A DNA stretch of 63,308 nucleotides, the filler included, from Trichomonas gallinae (lineage: Eukaryota), in NCBI GenBank assembly GCA_008369845.1. It is 7 parts of 7 records of this genome, joined end to end, with 100 filler letters (N's around TTAATTAATTAA, not from the genome) between each part and the next. Parts side by side here need not be neighbours in the genome. Positions count along the whole stretch, not along the records: positions 41,178 to 55,041 come from MRSU01001317.1; positions 55,142 to 59,139 come from MRSU01001323.1; positions 59,240 to 62,112 come from MRSU01001324.1; positions 62,213 to 63,308 come from MRSU01001347.1; 3 more parts are not named here. One strand, given 5' to 3'. The notes below the pieces were generated by a model. The model saw only the letters and a program-made list of their open reading frames with translations. It was not told the DNA's origin and ran no database searches. Positions within the stretch are counted from its first letter, which is position 1. Each line of letters starts with the position of its first letter. This document shows, piece by piece, positions 53,367-63,308 of this stretch. Position numbers and translations under genes: made by a program.

Positions 53367-53960
53367 TCAAAGAGTTTGGTAATTGCATCCATAAGCTTTG
53401 ATAAGGTCTTCTTGATTGTCATCAATTTCAGGAACTCCGAGAAGGAGTTTGACAACTTCATAATGGTATTCAAATGCAGCAATCATCAAAGCTGCCCAAT
53501 TGTCTTTGTTATTTATGCCGACATCTATTCCAGGAACTGTGAGGAGAAGTTTGACGACTTCATGATGACCTCTTAGTGAAGCCTTCATCAAAGCTGTTTC
53601 ATTTCTCTTATCCGTTGCGTTGATATCTATTTCAGGAACAGTGAGAAGGAGTTTAACGACTTAATAAAAACCTCTATACAAAGGTTCAATCAAAGCCTTT
53701 TCGTATCCTTATCCTTTTGCGTTTATGGCTATTCCAGGAACTGTGAGAAGGAGTTTGACAATTTCATGATGACCATTGCATGAAGCATCAATCAAACATC
53801 CCAAAATTAAATTTGCATCTATTCCAGGAACTGCCAGAAGGTGTTTGACAACTCTATAACGACCAAGTCCAGAAGTCATATTCAAAGCAATCCAAATGTC
53901 CTTTGCATTGATATTGCCCCCTAGAACTGTGAGAAGGAGTTTGACAACATCATAATTAAC
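53367..53960 (-). pseudogene. Ankyrin-repeat pseudogene (~6 repeats of ~99 bp)
   Basis: Repeated GH.EVVKLLLTVPGID.N units; premature TAA at 53661-53663 (RGFY*VVKLL) and shortened units. Confidence 0.85.
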
Positions 53961-54083
53961 TATTTTCGAAGTTCATAATTTGGCTGTAGTTTTCTTGCCA
54001 GCATACATGAGATGGTACTGATTGTAAGTTGGGCGATATGAAGTAAATCTATACTTATAATTCTCTTGCTTAGATTTTTTTGA

Positions 54084-54218
54084 TTTTACTTGACAGTAAT
54101 TCAATTTATTTGTCAAAAATAAGTTTTATTTGTCAATAATTCAATTTAATTGTAAATAATTAATTTTACTGATCAATAAATTAATTTATTTGTCAAAAAT
54201 TAATTTTACATGTCATTT
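54084..54218 (+). repeat. Phased array of seven TTTAYNTGWCA cores at exact 20-bp period ending on an Inr
   Basis: Cores at 54087, 54107, 54127, 54147, 54167, 54187 and 54207. The last reads TTTACATGTCATTTTT (TCATTT at 54213); ATG at 54226. Confidence 0.88.
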
Positions 54219-54225
54219 TTAGGTA

Positions 54226-54510
54226 ATGAATCTTTCAGCGAATAATAGCTCGGAATTTATTACTTCTTTTGCCTTGCTTTCTCTCGGATTGCTTGTTCTT
54301 GGCATGACAGCTCAAAGAATTTTCACAAATTCTGTCAATAATATACTATTTTCATCCGAAGTTCCTTCACTTTCAGACTATTCTTTATTTGGATTGTTCG
54401 TTTTAATATTAATCATTGGCATGATCATATTTATACTTCTCATCAGAGGAACAGCCAATTTCTTAAATGCAAGATTAAATGAACCAGCCAAGAAGGAAAA
54501 AGTTGAATGA
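54226..54510 (+). CDS. Small two-TM membrane protein with C-terminal KKEKVE
   Basis: 94 aa; two hydrophobic segments; KxKxx ER-retrieval-like end; Inr 13 nt upstream. Confidence 0.6.
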   Translation: MNLSANNSSEFITSFALLSLGLLVLGMTAQRIFTNSVNNILFSSEVPSLSDYSLFGLFVLILIIGMIIFILLIRGTANFLNARLNEPAKKEKVE

Positions 54511-54860
54511 AACATAGTTACTGCAATGTTTACATATTAGTGTTATATCTAAATTCTATTGTTTATAGGAAAATATTTTTGGTTCATATCATTTTTCGCA
54601 AGTCTCCGCCAAATTATCATTAAGCGACGAAAATGATGAGATGTTCGCTATATACCCTCCAAGTCATTGATGTTTCATATAATATCACAATGATTTTTTT
54701 TTTTCATGGCCATAGTCTTTCTGAGAAGACGAAACAATCGAAACAACTGTGCCACATTGTAGCTAAAAAGCATACATGCATGTGGTAAGATGAACTCTAG
54801 TTCCACGGTAAATAATCAGTATATTACAAATATTCACATCTATTTAGTATTAGAAATTAC

Positions 54861-55041
54861 TTATTTCTTCTTAGCATCCTTGGCTGGGGCAGCGGCCTTA
54901 GCTGGAGCAGCTGGAGCGGCAGCGGCTGGCTTAGCAGCAGCACCATCAGCTGGAGCACCAGCAGCAGCTGGCTTGCCAGCACCGGCATGGCCGTGGGCAA
55001 CTGGAGCCTTCTTGACCTGAACTTCCTTGTGGGATGTGTGG
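54861..55041 (-). CDS. 3' fragment of a highly expressed gene with Ala/Pro/Lys-rich tail (possibly a ribosomal protein)
   Basis: HTSHKEVQVKKAPVAHGHAGAGKPAAAGAPADGAAAKPAAAAPAAPAKAAAPAKDAKKK*; GCT/CCA/AAG codon bias; truncated by gap. Confidence 0.65.
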
Positions 55042-55141
55042 NNNNNNNNNNNNNNNNNNNNNNNNNNNNNNNNNNNNNNNNNNNNTTAATTAATTAANNN
55101 NNNNNNNNNNNNNNNNNNNNNNNNNNNNNNNNNNNNNNNNN
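55042..55141. other. Artificial contig linker
   Basis: N run with central TTAATTAATTAA. Confidence 0.98.
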
Positions 55142-55350
55142 TATTAAACAATCTAATAGATTAACTTGAAGTAACTCGGGAGCCAAATTTTCGAATAAGG
55201 TTATGAGTCGGAAACCCTTTTCTAAAATATTAAATTTGTTCCCAAAATCTTCACTTTTCTATTCAGTTTATATGTAAAAAGTGAGTTTTATAAAATAATG
55301 AACACATATCAACAATAAAAAGCAAAAATTCAGCGGTTTTCAGAAAAAAA

Positions 55351-58300
55351 ATGAAAGTGAAAATTGATATCGATGCACCACGTGTAAAAGGTATCTGTTT
55401 TCACCCAAGCAGGCCCTGGGTACTCTACAGTACTCATACAGGCACTGTTCATCTATATGATTACGATATTAACGTTGAATTGCAAGAATATCAAGTCGGA
55501 TCTACTCCAGTTCGTTGTGTAGCCTTCCATCCAACTCAGCCTTTGTTTGCATGTGGAACAGATGATTACCAGGTCATTGTTTACAACTGGCAACGCAAAG
55601 TGAAATTATTTACATTAGAGGGCCACATTGATTTCATCAGATCAATCGAATTCCATCCGATACATCCACTCCTCATAACATCGTCAGACGACAGTACATC
55701 GAGAATCTGGAATTGGCAGAGCAGGTGCTGCGTTTGCATTCTCGAAGATCATACTTATTTCGTTATGGGCTCATCCTTCAATCCAAATCAGCCACTTGTC
55801 GCAACAGCGTGTTTAGATGAGTGCATACGTCTCTTCAGTATCGAAAATTTGCTGAAAGGATCAATGAGTAAGGATGTTGATTCTTCATTCTTCAGTTTGG
55901 AGTCGAATTCGACTTTGTTGTCAGAAAATGAAGAACACCCAGAAGGTGCCAATAGCGTTGCATGGGAGGCGAATGGAAACAGGCTTCTTTCTTGCGGTGA
56001 AGATGCAACAGTCAAAGTTTACAAAATAGTTAACGACGAACTAAATGTTATTACAACGATAAATGCGCATACAGGACCAGCAACATCAGTTTGCTTCCAT
56101 CCTGCGACAGGAAATATTATTTCATGTTCCGAAGACTTCTCAATTCGCGAATTTGATGGCAATAACTACAGGGAAATAAGCTCCTTCGACATTCCAGGAA
56201 GCAGATTTTGGTGTGTTGCTGCACATCCAAGAGATGCATTGATTGCAGCGGGACACGACAGCGGTGTCACAATTCTCAAGACAAACAAAGAAAGAACACC
56301 ATACGATGTACAAGGAACCTCAGTTTCCTATATCAAAGACAACGAAATTCACGTTGTTGACGTAGTATCTAAAAATCAAGAAAATTCGAACGCAATTCAG
56401 CCAGGAGCTACATCCATTAGCTGGAATAGTGCTCGCAGCATGGTTTTATGCTCATATGACAACGAACAAAATCCATATTATCAGTGCATTGATCTTTCAC
56501 TCAAAACACCAATTGTCAAAGGCGAAGGTTTATCTGCTGTATGGTTTTCTCGATCAGCAATGGCTTGTTTAAGCACTTCAAGAGATAAAATTCTTTTCGG
56601 AGAGCCAGGATCATCATCCTTGACTCGTATCCCTGTCCCTCATGCTTTGAAGCTCTTCCCAGCTCCAGCACAGCGCCTTTACGTCATTACAAGAACAAAT
56701 ATTTTTTTATATGATATTACAAGACAAAAAGCAGTTCGCGACATCCAATTCTTGGATTGCAAGTCTATCATGCTTAACGATGACAAATCTAGAATCGTAG
56801 CAAGATCTTCGATGTCAATTTTAACAGCAAACGCAGATCTTACGTATGTTTCAGTATTTTCTGAGTCCGCGAAGATCAAAAGCGCGTGCTATGATAATGA
56901 TGCTGTTCTCTATACTACACGCACACACTTGAAATACATTGTTTCAGGATTTTCAGGTGTTGTCTGCAGTCTTCCACGTGTTTTGTACTTGCTTAAAGCG
57001 AAGGACAATCTCGCATGGTTTGTTACGAGAGATGGCGTCGTTTTCAAGCGCGAAATCGAGCTCAGCGAAGTCAGGCTGAAATTGGCGCTCATAAACTCTA
57101 AGACAGATGGTGGAATCGCAGCCAGGAAGATTGTTGCTGAGCAGCCGCCAATCGGATTCGCTATCATGGAATTTGCTGCAAATCACGGCAGATTTGACAT
57201 CGCAGCTTCTCTTGCTCGTGATCCGAAGACTAAGTTCGAGATGTCATTGAAGGCTGGCGACTTTGAAACAGCCACGAAAGCCGCCGAAGAAATCGATCAA
57301 AAAGATATCTACCAGAAACTCGCCCAGCACGCAATGAACTGCGGCAAAGTTACACTCGCCGAGAAGATGTACAGCAAGGCTGATGCAACCGATGATTTGG
57401 CCTTTCTTTACTTAGTCACAGGAAATATGGCAAAGGTCAAACAGATCGCGAAGACAACTAATAATCCGCAATACATGCTCTGGTCCAACGACAACGCGTC
57501 AATTGACGCACTGCTGACATCAATGGCACCAACACTTGCATCATCTTTGGCACAAAAAGATCCAGAAATAGAACTGCCGAAATTCGACTTGATCAAAACT
57601 GACTGGCCGACAACAAGACCGGCATTTGTGCCGTTCTCACTCGACAAATCCCAAGAGCCAGGCGACGATGCTGATTGGGACCTCTCAGAGTCAGATGACG
57701 CCGCGCAAGACGAGGCAAATTCAGACGACGAAGGTTGGGAGGTTGATCTTGCACTCGACCAAGTCGATATAGACGACGACTTCGCGCAGAACGAGAAGCC
57801 AGCGAAAGGTTCTTATCAAGTTCCAACGCGTGGACAGAGCGCAAACACTCTGTGGGCAAAGAATTCATCAACTGTTGGTGACTTGGCAGCTTCAGGAGAT
57901 TTCGGAGAAGCTTTGGTTGTTGCCCGCAATTCTTTCAACGCTGCAAATTTCGAAGCACTCAAAGAGCTCTTCGTTGAAGCATATCTCAGGGCAAATGCAT
58001 CTGTCACTACAGAGTTCGGTATGCTCAACATTCCACTGCCACAGCAGTTCAGGAACAACGAGTTTCCGACTACAGTAGATATTGTCACTTATCTCGATGA
58101 CATGATGAAGAACCACGTTTTCATAGAGTTCAACAAAGGTCACTTCAAGGAGTGCATGGCGATGTGCCAGCAGGTCATAAGGCGAGTCATCACAGCTACA
58201 GTTGTTACAAAGGAAGATGAGCAGAAAGTTTTGGACACGCTTTCAATCGCGACCAAATACGCCAGTGGCTGCGCGCTTGAAATTGCCAGGAAATCAGAGG

Positions 58301-58740
58301 GTGACACGGCGCGCGCACTTGAGTTAGCTGTCTACTTCACACACGTTGGACTCGCGAGGAGCCACGAGAGGCTCGCGCTGCAGTCCGCAGTTAGAGCTGC
58401 GATGAAGGCACAGAACTATTTGACTGCGAAATTATTGATCACAAGACTTCTCGATTTGGAACCAGGCGAGAAAGTTGCTCAGTCAGCAAGAAACTCATTG
58501 GACACAGCATCGAGGATTAATACAAACGCGCTCAACATCAATTACAATGAGAGGAACCCTTTCGTTGTAGATGTCGTTTCTATGACGCCGATATACAGAG
58601 GTAAACCGTCACTTGTTTGCGCTCTTTGTGGCTCACATGCTGACACTAAATGCGCAGGACAGATTTGTCCGATTTGCGAAATTGCTGCATTTGGAGGCCA
58701 GCCAACTGGTTTACGCATAGTCAGATCTATAAAACAATAA
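55351..58740 (+). CDS. COPA: Coatomer subunit alpha (alpha-COP)
   Basis: RVKGICFHPSRPWVL, WD40 repeats (GHIDFIRSIEFHP, RIWNWQSR), ALELAVYFTH, YNERNPF, C-terminal CALC/CPIC zinc site. Confidence 0.96.
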   Translation: MKVKIDIDAPRVKGICFHPSRPWVLYSTHTGTVHLYDYDINVELQEYQVGSTPVRCVAFHPTQPLFACGTDDYQVIVYNWQRKVKLFTLEGHIDFIRSIEFHPIHPLLITSSDDSTSRIWNWQSRCCVCILEDHTYFVMGSSFNPNQPLVATACLDECIRLFSIENLLKGSMSKDVDSSFFSLESNSTLLSENEEHPEGANSVAWEANGNRLLSCGEDATVKVYKIVNDELNVITTINAHTGPATSVCFHPATGNIISCSEDFSIREFDGNNYREISSFDIPGSRFWCVAAHPRDALIAAGHDSGVTILKTNKERTPYDVQGTSVSYIKDNEIHVVDVVSKNQENSNAIQPGATSISWNSARSMVLCSYDNEQNPYYQCIDLSLKTPIVKGEGLSAVWFSRSAMACLSTSRDKILFGEPGSSSLTRIPVPHALKLFPAPAQRLYVITRTNIFLYDITRQKAVRDIQFLDCKSIMLNDDKSRIVARSSMSILTANADLTYVSVFSESAKIKSACYDNDAVLYTTRTHLKYIVSGFSGVVCSLPRVLYLLKAKDNLAWFVTRDGVVFKREIELSEVRLKLALINSKTDGGIAARKIVAEQPPIGFAIMEFAANHGRFDIAASLARDPKTKFEMSLKAGDFETATKAAEEIDQKDIYQKLAQHAMNCGKVTLAEKMYSKADATDDLAFLYLVTGNMAKVKQIAKTTNNPQYMLWSNDNASIDALLTSMAPTLASSLAQKDPEIELPKFDLIKTDWPTTRPAFVPFSLDKSQEPGDDADWDLSESDDAAQDEANSDDEGWEVDLALDQVDIDDDFAQNEKPAKGSYQVPTRGQSANTLWAKNSSTVGDLAASGDFGEALVVARNSFNAANFEALKELFVEAYLRANASVTTEFGMLNIPLPQQFRNNEFPTTVDIVTYLDDMMKNHVFIEFNKGHFKECMAMCQQVIRRVITATVVTKEDEQKVLDTLSIATKYASGCALEIARKSEGDTARALELAVYFTHVGLARSHERLALQSAVRAAMKAQNYLTAKLLITRLLDLEPGEKVAQSARNSLDTASRINTNALNINYNERNPFVVDVVSMTPIYRGKPSLVCALCGSHADTKCAGQICPICEIAAFGGQPTGLRIVRSIKQ

Positions 58741-58910
58741 ATGAAAATATTATATAATATTATAATATTTGCGAAAGTATATGTTTTTAGAAAAGTAAGA
58801 GATTCGCAAGAATAATTTTTTTGGCAAAAAGAAATATGTATACATGATTTTTCTCGAAGAGACATTGGATTTTATGCGTATTTTTCATTGTAAGTACTTA
58901 TTTGAGATGC

Positions 58911-59133
58911 ATATATCCGTATGAAATCTCAGAAAGTTTTATCCGTATGAAAATTTAAGGTTATCGAAAAATTTGAAGATATCCCTTAGTGGGGTATTTT
59001 GGTCTGTCCGTATTTGTCCGTATGTCCGTATGAAACCATTCAATTTCATACGGATATACCCGTATCAAATCTCAGAAAGTTTTATCCGTATGAAAATTTA
59101 AGGTTATCGAAAAATATGAAGATATCTCTCAGT
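58911..59133. repeat. Two ~80-bp direct repeats with TCCGTATG subrepeats and an internal hairpin; probable end of a repetitive element
   Basis: 58911-58990 and 59054-59133 are near-identical. Hairpin TCCGTATGAAA-8 nt-TTTCATACGGA at 59025-59054. The contig ends here. Confidence 0.85.
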
Positions 59134-59139
59134 CACCGA

Positions 59140-59239
59140 NNNNNNNNNNNNNNNNNNNNNNNNNNNNNNNNNNNNNNNNNNNNTTAATTAATTAANNNNN
59201 NNNNNNNNNNNNNNNNNNNNNNNNNNNNNNNNNNNNNNN
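59140..59239. other. Artificial contig linker
   Basis: N run with central TTAATTAATTAA. Confidence 0.98.
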
Positions 59240-60902
59240 AATCTATTAAAGCCTCAAATATATTTGTTGTAAGTGCAGAAGGTGATGCAGAAGGTAATGT
59301 ATGACCCATTACTAGATTATCAACATTTAGATTGACCACCCCTAAATCTTGAAGCACCTCTCCTCTATTTATTTTCTTATTAAGCTCCTCTTCAACATCT
59401 ATAACACTCCACTCATCACTGTCTATCTTCAATGATTTAGCAGTCAAGCCATTAGGAAATGAGGGTGGTATCATTTTAGGCTGTCTTCCATCAGTTGGTG
59501 AATTCATGAATCCTGCAATTTCATGAACAGACATTCTTTCATTATTAAATATGTTGAGCTTATTATCTAATTCTGTCTTAATAGCTTTTATTTCTGTCGT
59601 GAAATTATTCACATCTGTATTATCTGCTTTGTGTCTGTGTAGAGAATTTGTAATAGCATGGAGATGTGCAATAAGCATTAAAGTAAGGACATCATAATAA
59701 TTTCCACTATTACGTTCTATATTAAAATTCTTACTATTGATTCTCTGATTTACTTCATCGACAAGGAATTTAAAAGGTGGATACAATTTAATGATTTTTT
59801 CGAAGTATTTCAATCCAGTCTTTTCATCCAATGAACGAGTAAAAATGTATCCCGTATCTTTAAACCAATCCGCGGGTAATGCATCATCAAATCCTACAAT
59901 ATCATTTCTCGCATTTTTTAGAGCCTCCCACGCATCTGGAAATATTTCTGAAAGGTCTTCTGAAACAGAATACTCGGCTATATCTGGTAAAAGACTATTC
60001 GAAACATCAGCAACATCACTTAATTCATCAACGCGTCCCGTCATCCTTCTAAAGAAATTAGAAACCCTTTGCGTCCAATTTTGACCTGCATTACCTGTTT
60101 GCTGTAAAACATTATTCACTGCATCAATTCCATCCCTACCTCCTACGTGAGCCCATAATACATTTATTTCATCTTGCACTGTAGCCCAAGCAGCAGCTGT
60201 AAATCCTATTCCCAATAAATCGAGCAGCCAATTTAGAGCACTGGTTCCATCCTTACCTGCAATTCCATCTAATCCACGAGGTCCTTGTGGTCCTGGCGGT
60301 CCAATTGGTCCTTGAGGTCCTTGAGGTCCTGGTTCTCCTTGTGGTCCTTGGTCTCCTTTAGGTCCAGGTGGTCCTTCAGGTCCTTCACCATGATGTTGTT
60401 CTACGTAATCTATGACCCATGCAACCGTGGGAAGATGTGAGACTTTTTCACCTTGGTCTGAAGATACTATTCCGTGAATTGTAATTTCGTCATCCTCTTC
60501 CTCATCTCCTTTATTTTCCTTCTCTTTTTTCCACGTAATCATATTCGTTCTAATCTCTAATCTACTATCCTTGTTTAGTAAATTGAACCTCTTATCGAGA
60601 GGAGTGAATAAATAATCTATAAGTACCTGCATGAAATCACCAAGGGCTACATTCGCTACAGCCTGTTCATGATTATAATCTATGTATGGGTCTAGATGCA
60701 TATTCCTAATGTTCATTCCTAGAAATACAAAATCACTGAGTGTATAATTCGCACTAAATGGAAGCAAGCCTTCAAAATTAATTAATTGCTCCTCCTCTCC
60801 TATTTTAATGTAAAACTTATTATCCTTGATACCAAATTCGATATCACCAACTTTTATTTTTCTGGCATATTCTGACTCGAATGAATACGGAACTAATGTC
60901 AT
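59240..60902 (-). CDS. Collagen-repeat-containing, fibre-like protein (3' end lost in gap)
   Basis: At least 15 consecutive Gly-X-Y triplets (about 60246-60383), preceded by [11 protein letters not shown] and followed by an amphipathic/hydrophobic segment and coiled coil. Confidence 0.8.
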
Positions 60903-60921
60903 TATTTTAATATCTATAAAA

Positions 60922-61713
60922 ATGTATTATCATTTGCAATCTAGCAACCCCATTAATTACAACACGGTGAAGCTAACATCTGAACCACCCATGGGTAAAG
61001 ATGCATTATTATTTCGAATTAAATCATTCAGCACCATAGCTTCATTCATACAACTTAATGCCGATGACTACATTCAGTTCGAACTTTATGATGAAAAGAA
61101 GAAAAATGTCATAATCACATTAAATTGGGGTGAAATTAATACTAATATCGATATAGATAGACTACCAACAATCTTAAATACAAAGATGAAGGATGCTATT
61201 GGTAAATTCGAATTTTCATACAATCCTAATCATACATTACACATTCTCGCCGACAAAAAGAATAATAAGAAGTTCAGGATTAATGCTTGCAGTCATCGCT
61301 TTAAACTAATTTTGGGACTAATTGATACCCCATTACCGACAGAATTTGACACGTCATACGATTGTCAAACTGTGCCAATAACTAATTTCATGAATGACTT
61401 ATATATTCAATGCAGTCTCTCATGCACAAATGGATTTAATTACATTCGTGGTGTAGTCAGTAAGGAAGAAATAATGTATAGAAGTGTTTGCTATGATATG
61501 CATGAGTTCATCGTTGCCGATAGACCCTTAATATGTAAAATGAACGGTCAATGGATTGAATGTTTCCCCTACGAAATGAAAAATATAACATTCACATTAG
61601 TGGATTTCTGGGGTGAACCTATTCAGTGTATGGCACCTATTCGAATCACTCTTGAAGTCGTTAATGCAGAAAAGGACAATGTTGATGAAGATTATTCAGA
61701 AAATGAGAACTAA
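60922..61713 (+). CDS. Putative minor capsid (penton) protein of Polinton/Maverick type
   Basis: 263 aa, beta-rich. C-terminal [23 protein letters not shown] and internal FKLILGL and LYIQCSL resemble single jelly-roll mCP patterns. Confidence 0.55.
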   Translation: MYYHLQSSNPINYNTVKLTSEPPMGKDALLFRIKSFSTIASFIQLNADDYIQFELYDEKKKNVIITLNWGEINTNIDIDRLPTILNTKMKDAIGKFEFSYNPNHTLHILADKKNNKKFRINACSHRFKLILGLIDTPLPTEFDTSYDCQTVPITNFMNDLYIQCSLSCTNGFNYIRGVVSKEEIMYRSVCYDMHEFIVADRPLICKMNGQWIECFPYEMKNITFTLVDFWGEPIQCMAPIRITLEVVNAEKDNVDEDYSENEN

Positions 61714-61754
61714 ATTAATTTTATAAATTAAATATTTTTTAATCCTAATGAAAT

Positions 61755-62112
61755 ATGTCTGACAATAATTCAACAGTCAAGTACTTCTCAATCACGAATC
61801 TGTCAAAAGAAGTCAAGAAGGAATTTCCAGAAGCGAAAAGGTTAATTGTGGCATTTTCTGACAATCTCAAATCAAACAAATATGGATACACTGTTCCTCC
61901 ATTATCTTTCTTCATTGATGGTAAAAGATACTTCAATAATGACCTTGCATTAGTTCTACAGAAGAATAATATCATTCTCAACGTTCCACCACGCTTAGTT
62001 CCTATCATTAAATCTAAAAATAATTCATACTTCGCAATCGATGTGAACTTGAATGAGGAAAAAGAATTTAATGATATTAAGTACCACCCATATGTCTTAA
62101 AGACCCTCAGCT
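61755..62112 (+). CDS. Hypothetical protein of the virus-like contig, partial
   Basis: ORF begins 41 bp after the penton-like gene and is open to the gap. Confidence 0.6.
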
Positions 62113-62212
62113 NNNNNNNNNNNNNNNNNNNNNNNNNNNNNNNNNNNNNNNNNNNNTTAATTAATTAANNNNNNNNNNNNNNNNNNNNNNNNNNNNNNNN
62201 NNNNNNNNNNNN
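62113..62212. other. Artificial contig linker
   Basis: N run with central TTAATTAATTAA. Confidence 0.98.
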
Positions 62213-63308
62213 CGAAGAATTTGAAAACTTTTTGAGTAATGGTGTTGAGATGGATTTTGATATGAGTTTTGAATGAGTCCATATATATATATATTACACA
62301 TGTTAGATTAAGACAAGCTGTTATAATTGTTATTATATCATAAATATTAGAATTCTTCTAAGTTTAAAATATTTTATAATGTTTAATCTTTTTAAATGGG
62401 TTTATGCTTTGAATAATTGCAATTAATTACTGAACCAAGTGAATTTTGAAAAGATGTCTCAAAAACATGAATTGTTGAATCTATGCGTTTTAAATCGACA
62501 AACATCACTTCAATCATATGTACATCACATTTGAAAAGATGATTCACTTTCATCTAATAATGATGTGGCATAAATATTGAACTTTTTCAATTTGCATTCA
62601 AAAACCTTTCCTTTGGAGAAATGAATGAAAAATATGATACATCTATTCCAAAAAACCACTCCACTTCTCTGAAAAAGCTGAAGCATTTTTTGATAAATTA
62701 TCGTTATTATTGAATATTATTGAATAATTTTGAGTCGGATTTATGAATATGTTCACTTTAAATAGCATCGAAATTTGAAATGAAATGATGCTTTCAAAAA
62801 CCTAAAAAAAAACTTTATATAGGAGAAAAAAAAAAGCATGAGATAGTGACAGGTGTCCTGTACCGAAATATGAAAAAGTAACTGGTTTATATGTCAAATA
62901 TGACACGTAAAGTGTCCAAAAGTAACAGAATCAAAACAGGGGTGGGGTCTCAATTTTAAAAAGTAACATTTAATGAAGAATTCATCTTTTTTTAGAAACT
63001 ACTAAGAGAGAGTGCCACTTGTCTTCAGCAGAGTTTCATCTTACATCATGATACTCTGACAGAACTAGAATTTCTCATTCAGACTATTTTATGAGTATTT
63101 AACCGAACAAAATTGAAAAATTCCAAATTTTTGAAAAATATAATTCTTGAACTGTTATGCTATAGATGTAAACGATAGACGAAATTGAGTCTCGCTCGCA
63201 TTCGCTCGGCGCATAACCTTAAAGTGACAAAAATTTCTAGTTTTGGTCTCAATTTTAGAATTTTTATATTAAAAATGTCAAAAATTTCGAGCAAAACATC
63301 GATATATA

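Larger units (their letters stand above)
59240..62112. mobile_element. Internal fragment of a putative Maverick/Polinton-like endogenous DNA virus
   Basis: Whole contig is near 100% coding with 19- and 41-bp intergenic spacers; penton-like and collagen fibre-like ORFs; no recognisable cellular genes. Mavericks are known to be abundant in Trichomonas. No polB, integrase, ATPase or MCP is visible. Confidence 0.6.

Noticed and set aside
54790..55020. Plus-strand Ala/Gly-rich 76-aa ORF
   Set aside because: Antisense of the real minus-strand fragment ending KDAKKK*.
60826..60921. Upstream extension of the penton-like ORF overlapping the collagen gene
   Set aside because: Non-ATG start; it is the antisense of the neighbour's 5' end.
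58911..62112. Treating the 58.9-kb repeat as the proven terminal repeat of the virus-like element
   Set aside because: Separated by an artificial linker; no partner TIR or TSD is visible.

Overview
AT-rich, intron-free eukaryotic DNA from a trichomonad (Parabasalia, Trichomonas-like). The assignment is an inference from gene content and motifs: hydrogenosomal-type pyruvate:ferredoxin oxidoreductase, BspA-like and Pmp-like surface families, an R2R3 Myb, ankyrin pseudogenes, TCA(T/C)(T/A) Inr and AACGGTT-type motifs just upstream of ATGs, and TAAA-type stops. The window is seven contigs joined by six artificial 100-nt N/TTAATTAATTAA linkers, so adjacency across linkers is not evidence. About 30 protein genes are present (USP, LRR-PP2C, eIF4A, NagB/PIG-L fusion, Myb, SART1, LAG1/TLC, CDK, DENN, Vps26, ADA3, Timeless, peptidase S51, alpha-COP, several surface proteins), plus tRNA-Lys(TTT) and a partial tRNA-Asn(GTT). 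Most notable: (1) recurrent phased arrays of a TTTA(C/T)NTG(T/A)CA core at 19-21 bp period immediately upstream of many unrelated genes, in two cases ending on the Inr, a candidate undescribed promoter system; (2) a compact virus-like contig (59240-62112) encoding a collagen-containing fibre-like protein head-to-head with a penton/minor-capsid-like protein, probably a Maverick/Polinton-type endogenous virus; (3) BspA-like genes with lost or non-AUG starts; (4) bacterial-type genes, one with an added signal-like N-terminus. All family calls are by motif recognition; no searches were run.
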